A DNA stretch of 25,379 nt from a virus (taxonomy: Duplodnaviria > Caudoviricetes). Under the pieces are notes generated by a model. That model searched no databases. It worked only from the letters and a program-made list of their open reading frames with translations, and had not been told where the DNA came from. The translations under genes and the position numbers were made by a program. The DNA is taken from IMG/VR virus record IMGVR_UViG_3300020045_000565, positions 1 through 25,379 of that record. One strand, written 5' to 3'. Shown piece after piece: positions 25,379-25,379 of this stretch. Position 1 is the stretch's first letter. Each line of letters starts with the position of its first letter.

Positions 25379-25379
25379 T

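Overview
Phage DNA from a podovirus-type genome with two convergent arms. The + strand (1-16289) is a P22-like virion module: coat, gp4-like adaptor, gp10-like hub, small tail protein, two SGNH-type tail proteins, GNAT/gp14-like protein, three ejection proteins and a lysis cassette. The - strand (16352-25379) carries replication and nucleotide-metabolism genes: class II ribonucleotide reductase, MazG/PRA-PH-like pyrophosphatase, DUF3310, two metallophosphoesterases, a T7 gp3-like resolvase, a Cas4-like exonuclease, SSB and a tRNA-Trp. Four AT-rich free-standing endonuclease genes are interspersed in this arm. The main observation is that at least two, and possibly three, of these endonucleases are followed by what looks like a displaced copy of the upstream gene's 3' end. 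In the clearest case the two copies differ at every degenerate codon of APNMRGL, which suggests insertion into gene tails with a replacement tail supplied. Also notable are a non-canonical tRNA-Trp (G3:U70, A8/U14), an adjacent tRNA-like structured RNA, a structured leader behind a perfect sigma70 promoter, two coupled micro membrane peptides and a higher-GC tail module that appears imported. All family calls come from motif recognition and gene order, not from database searches.
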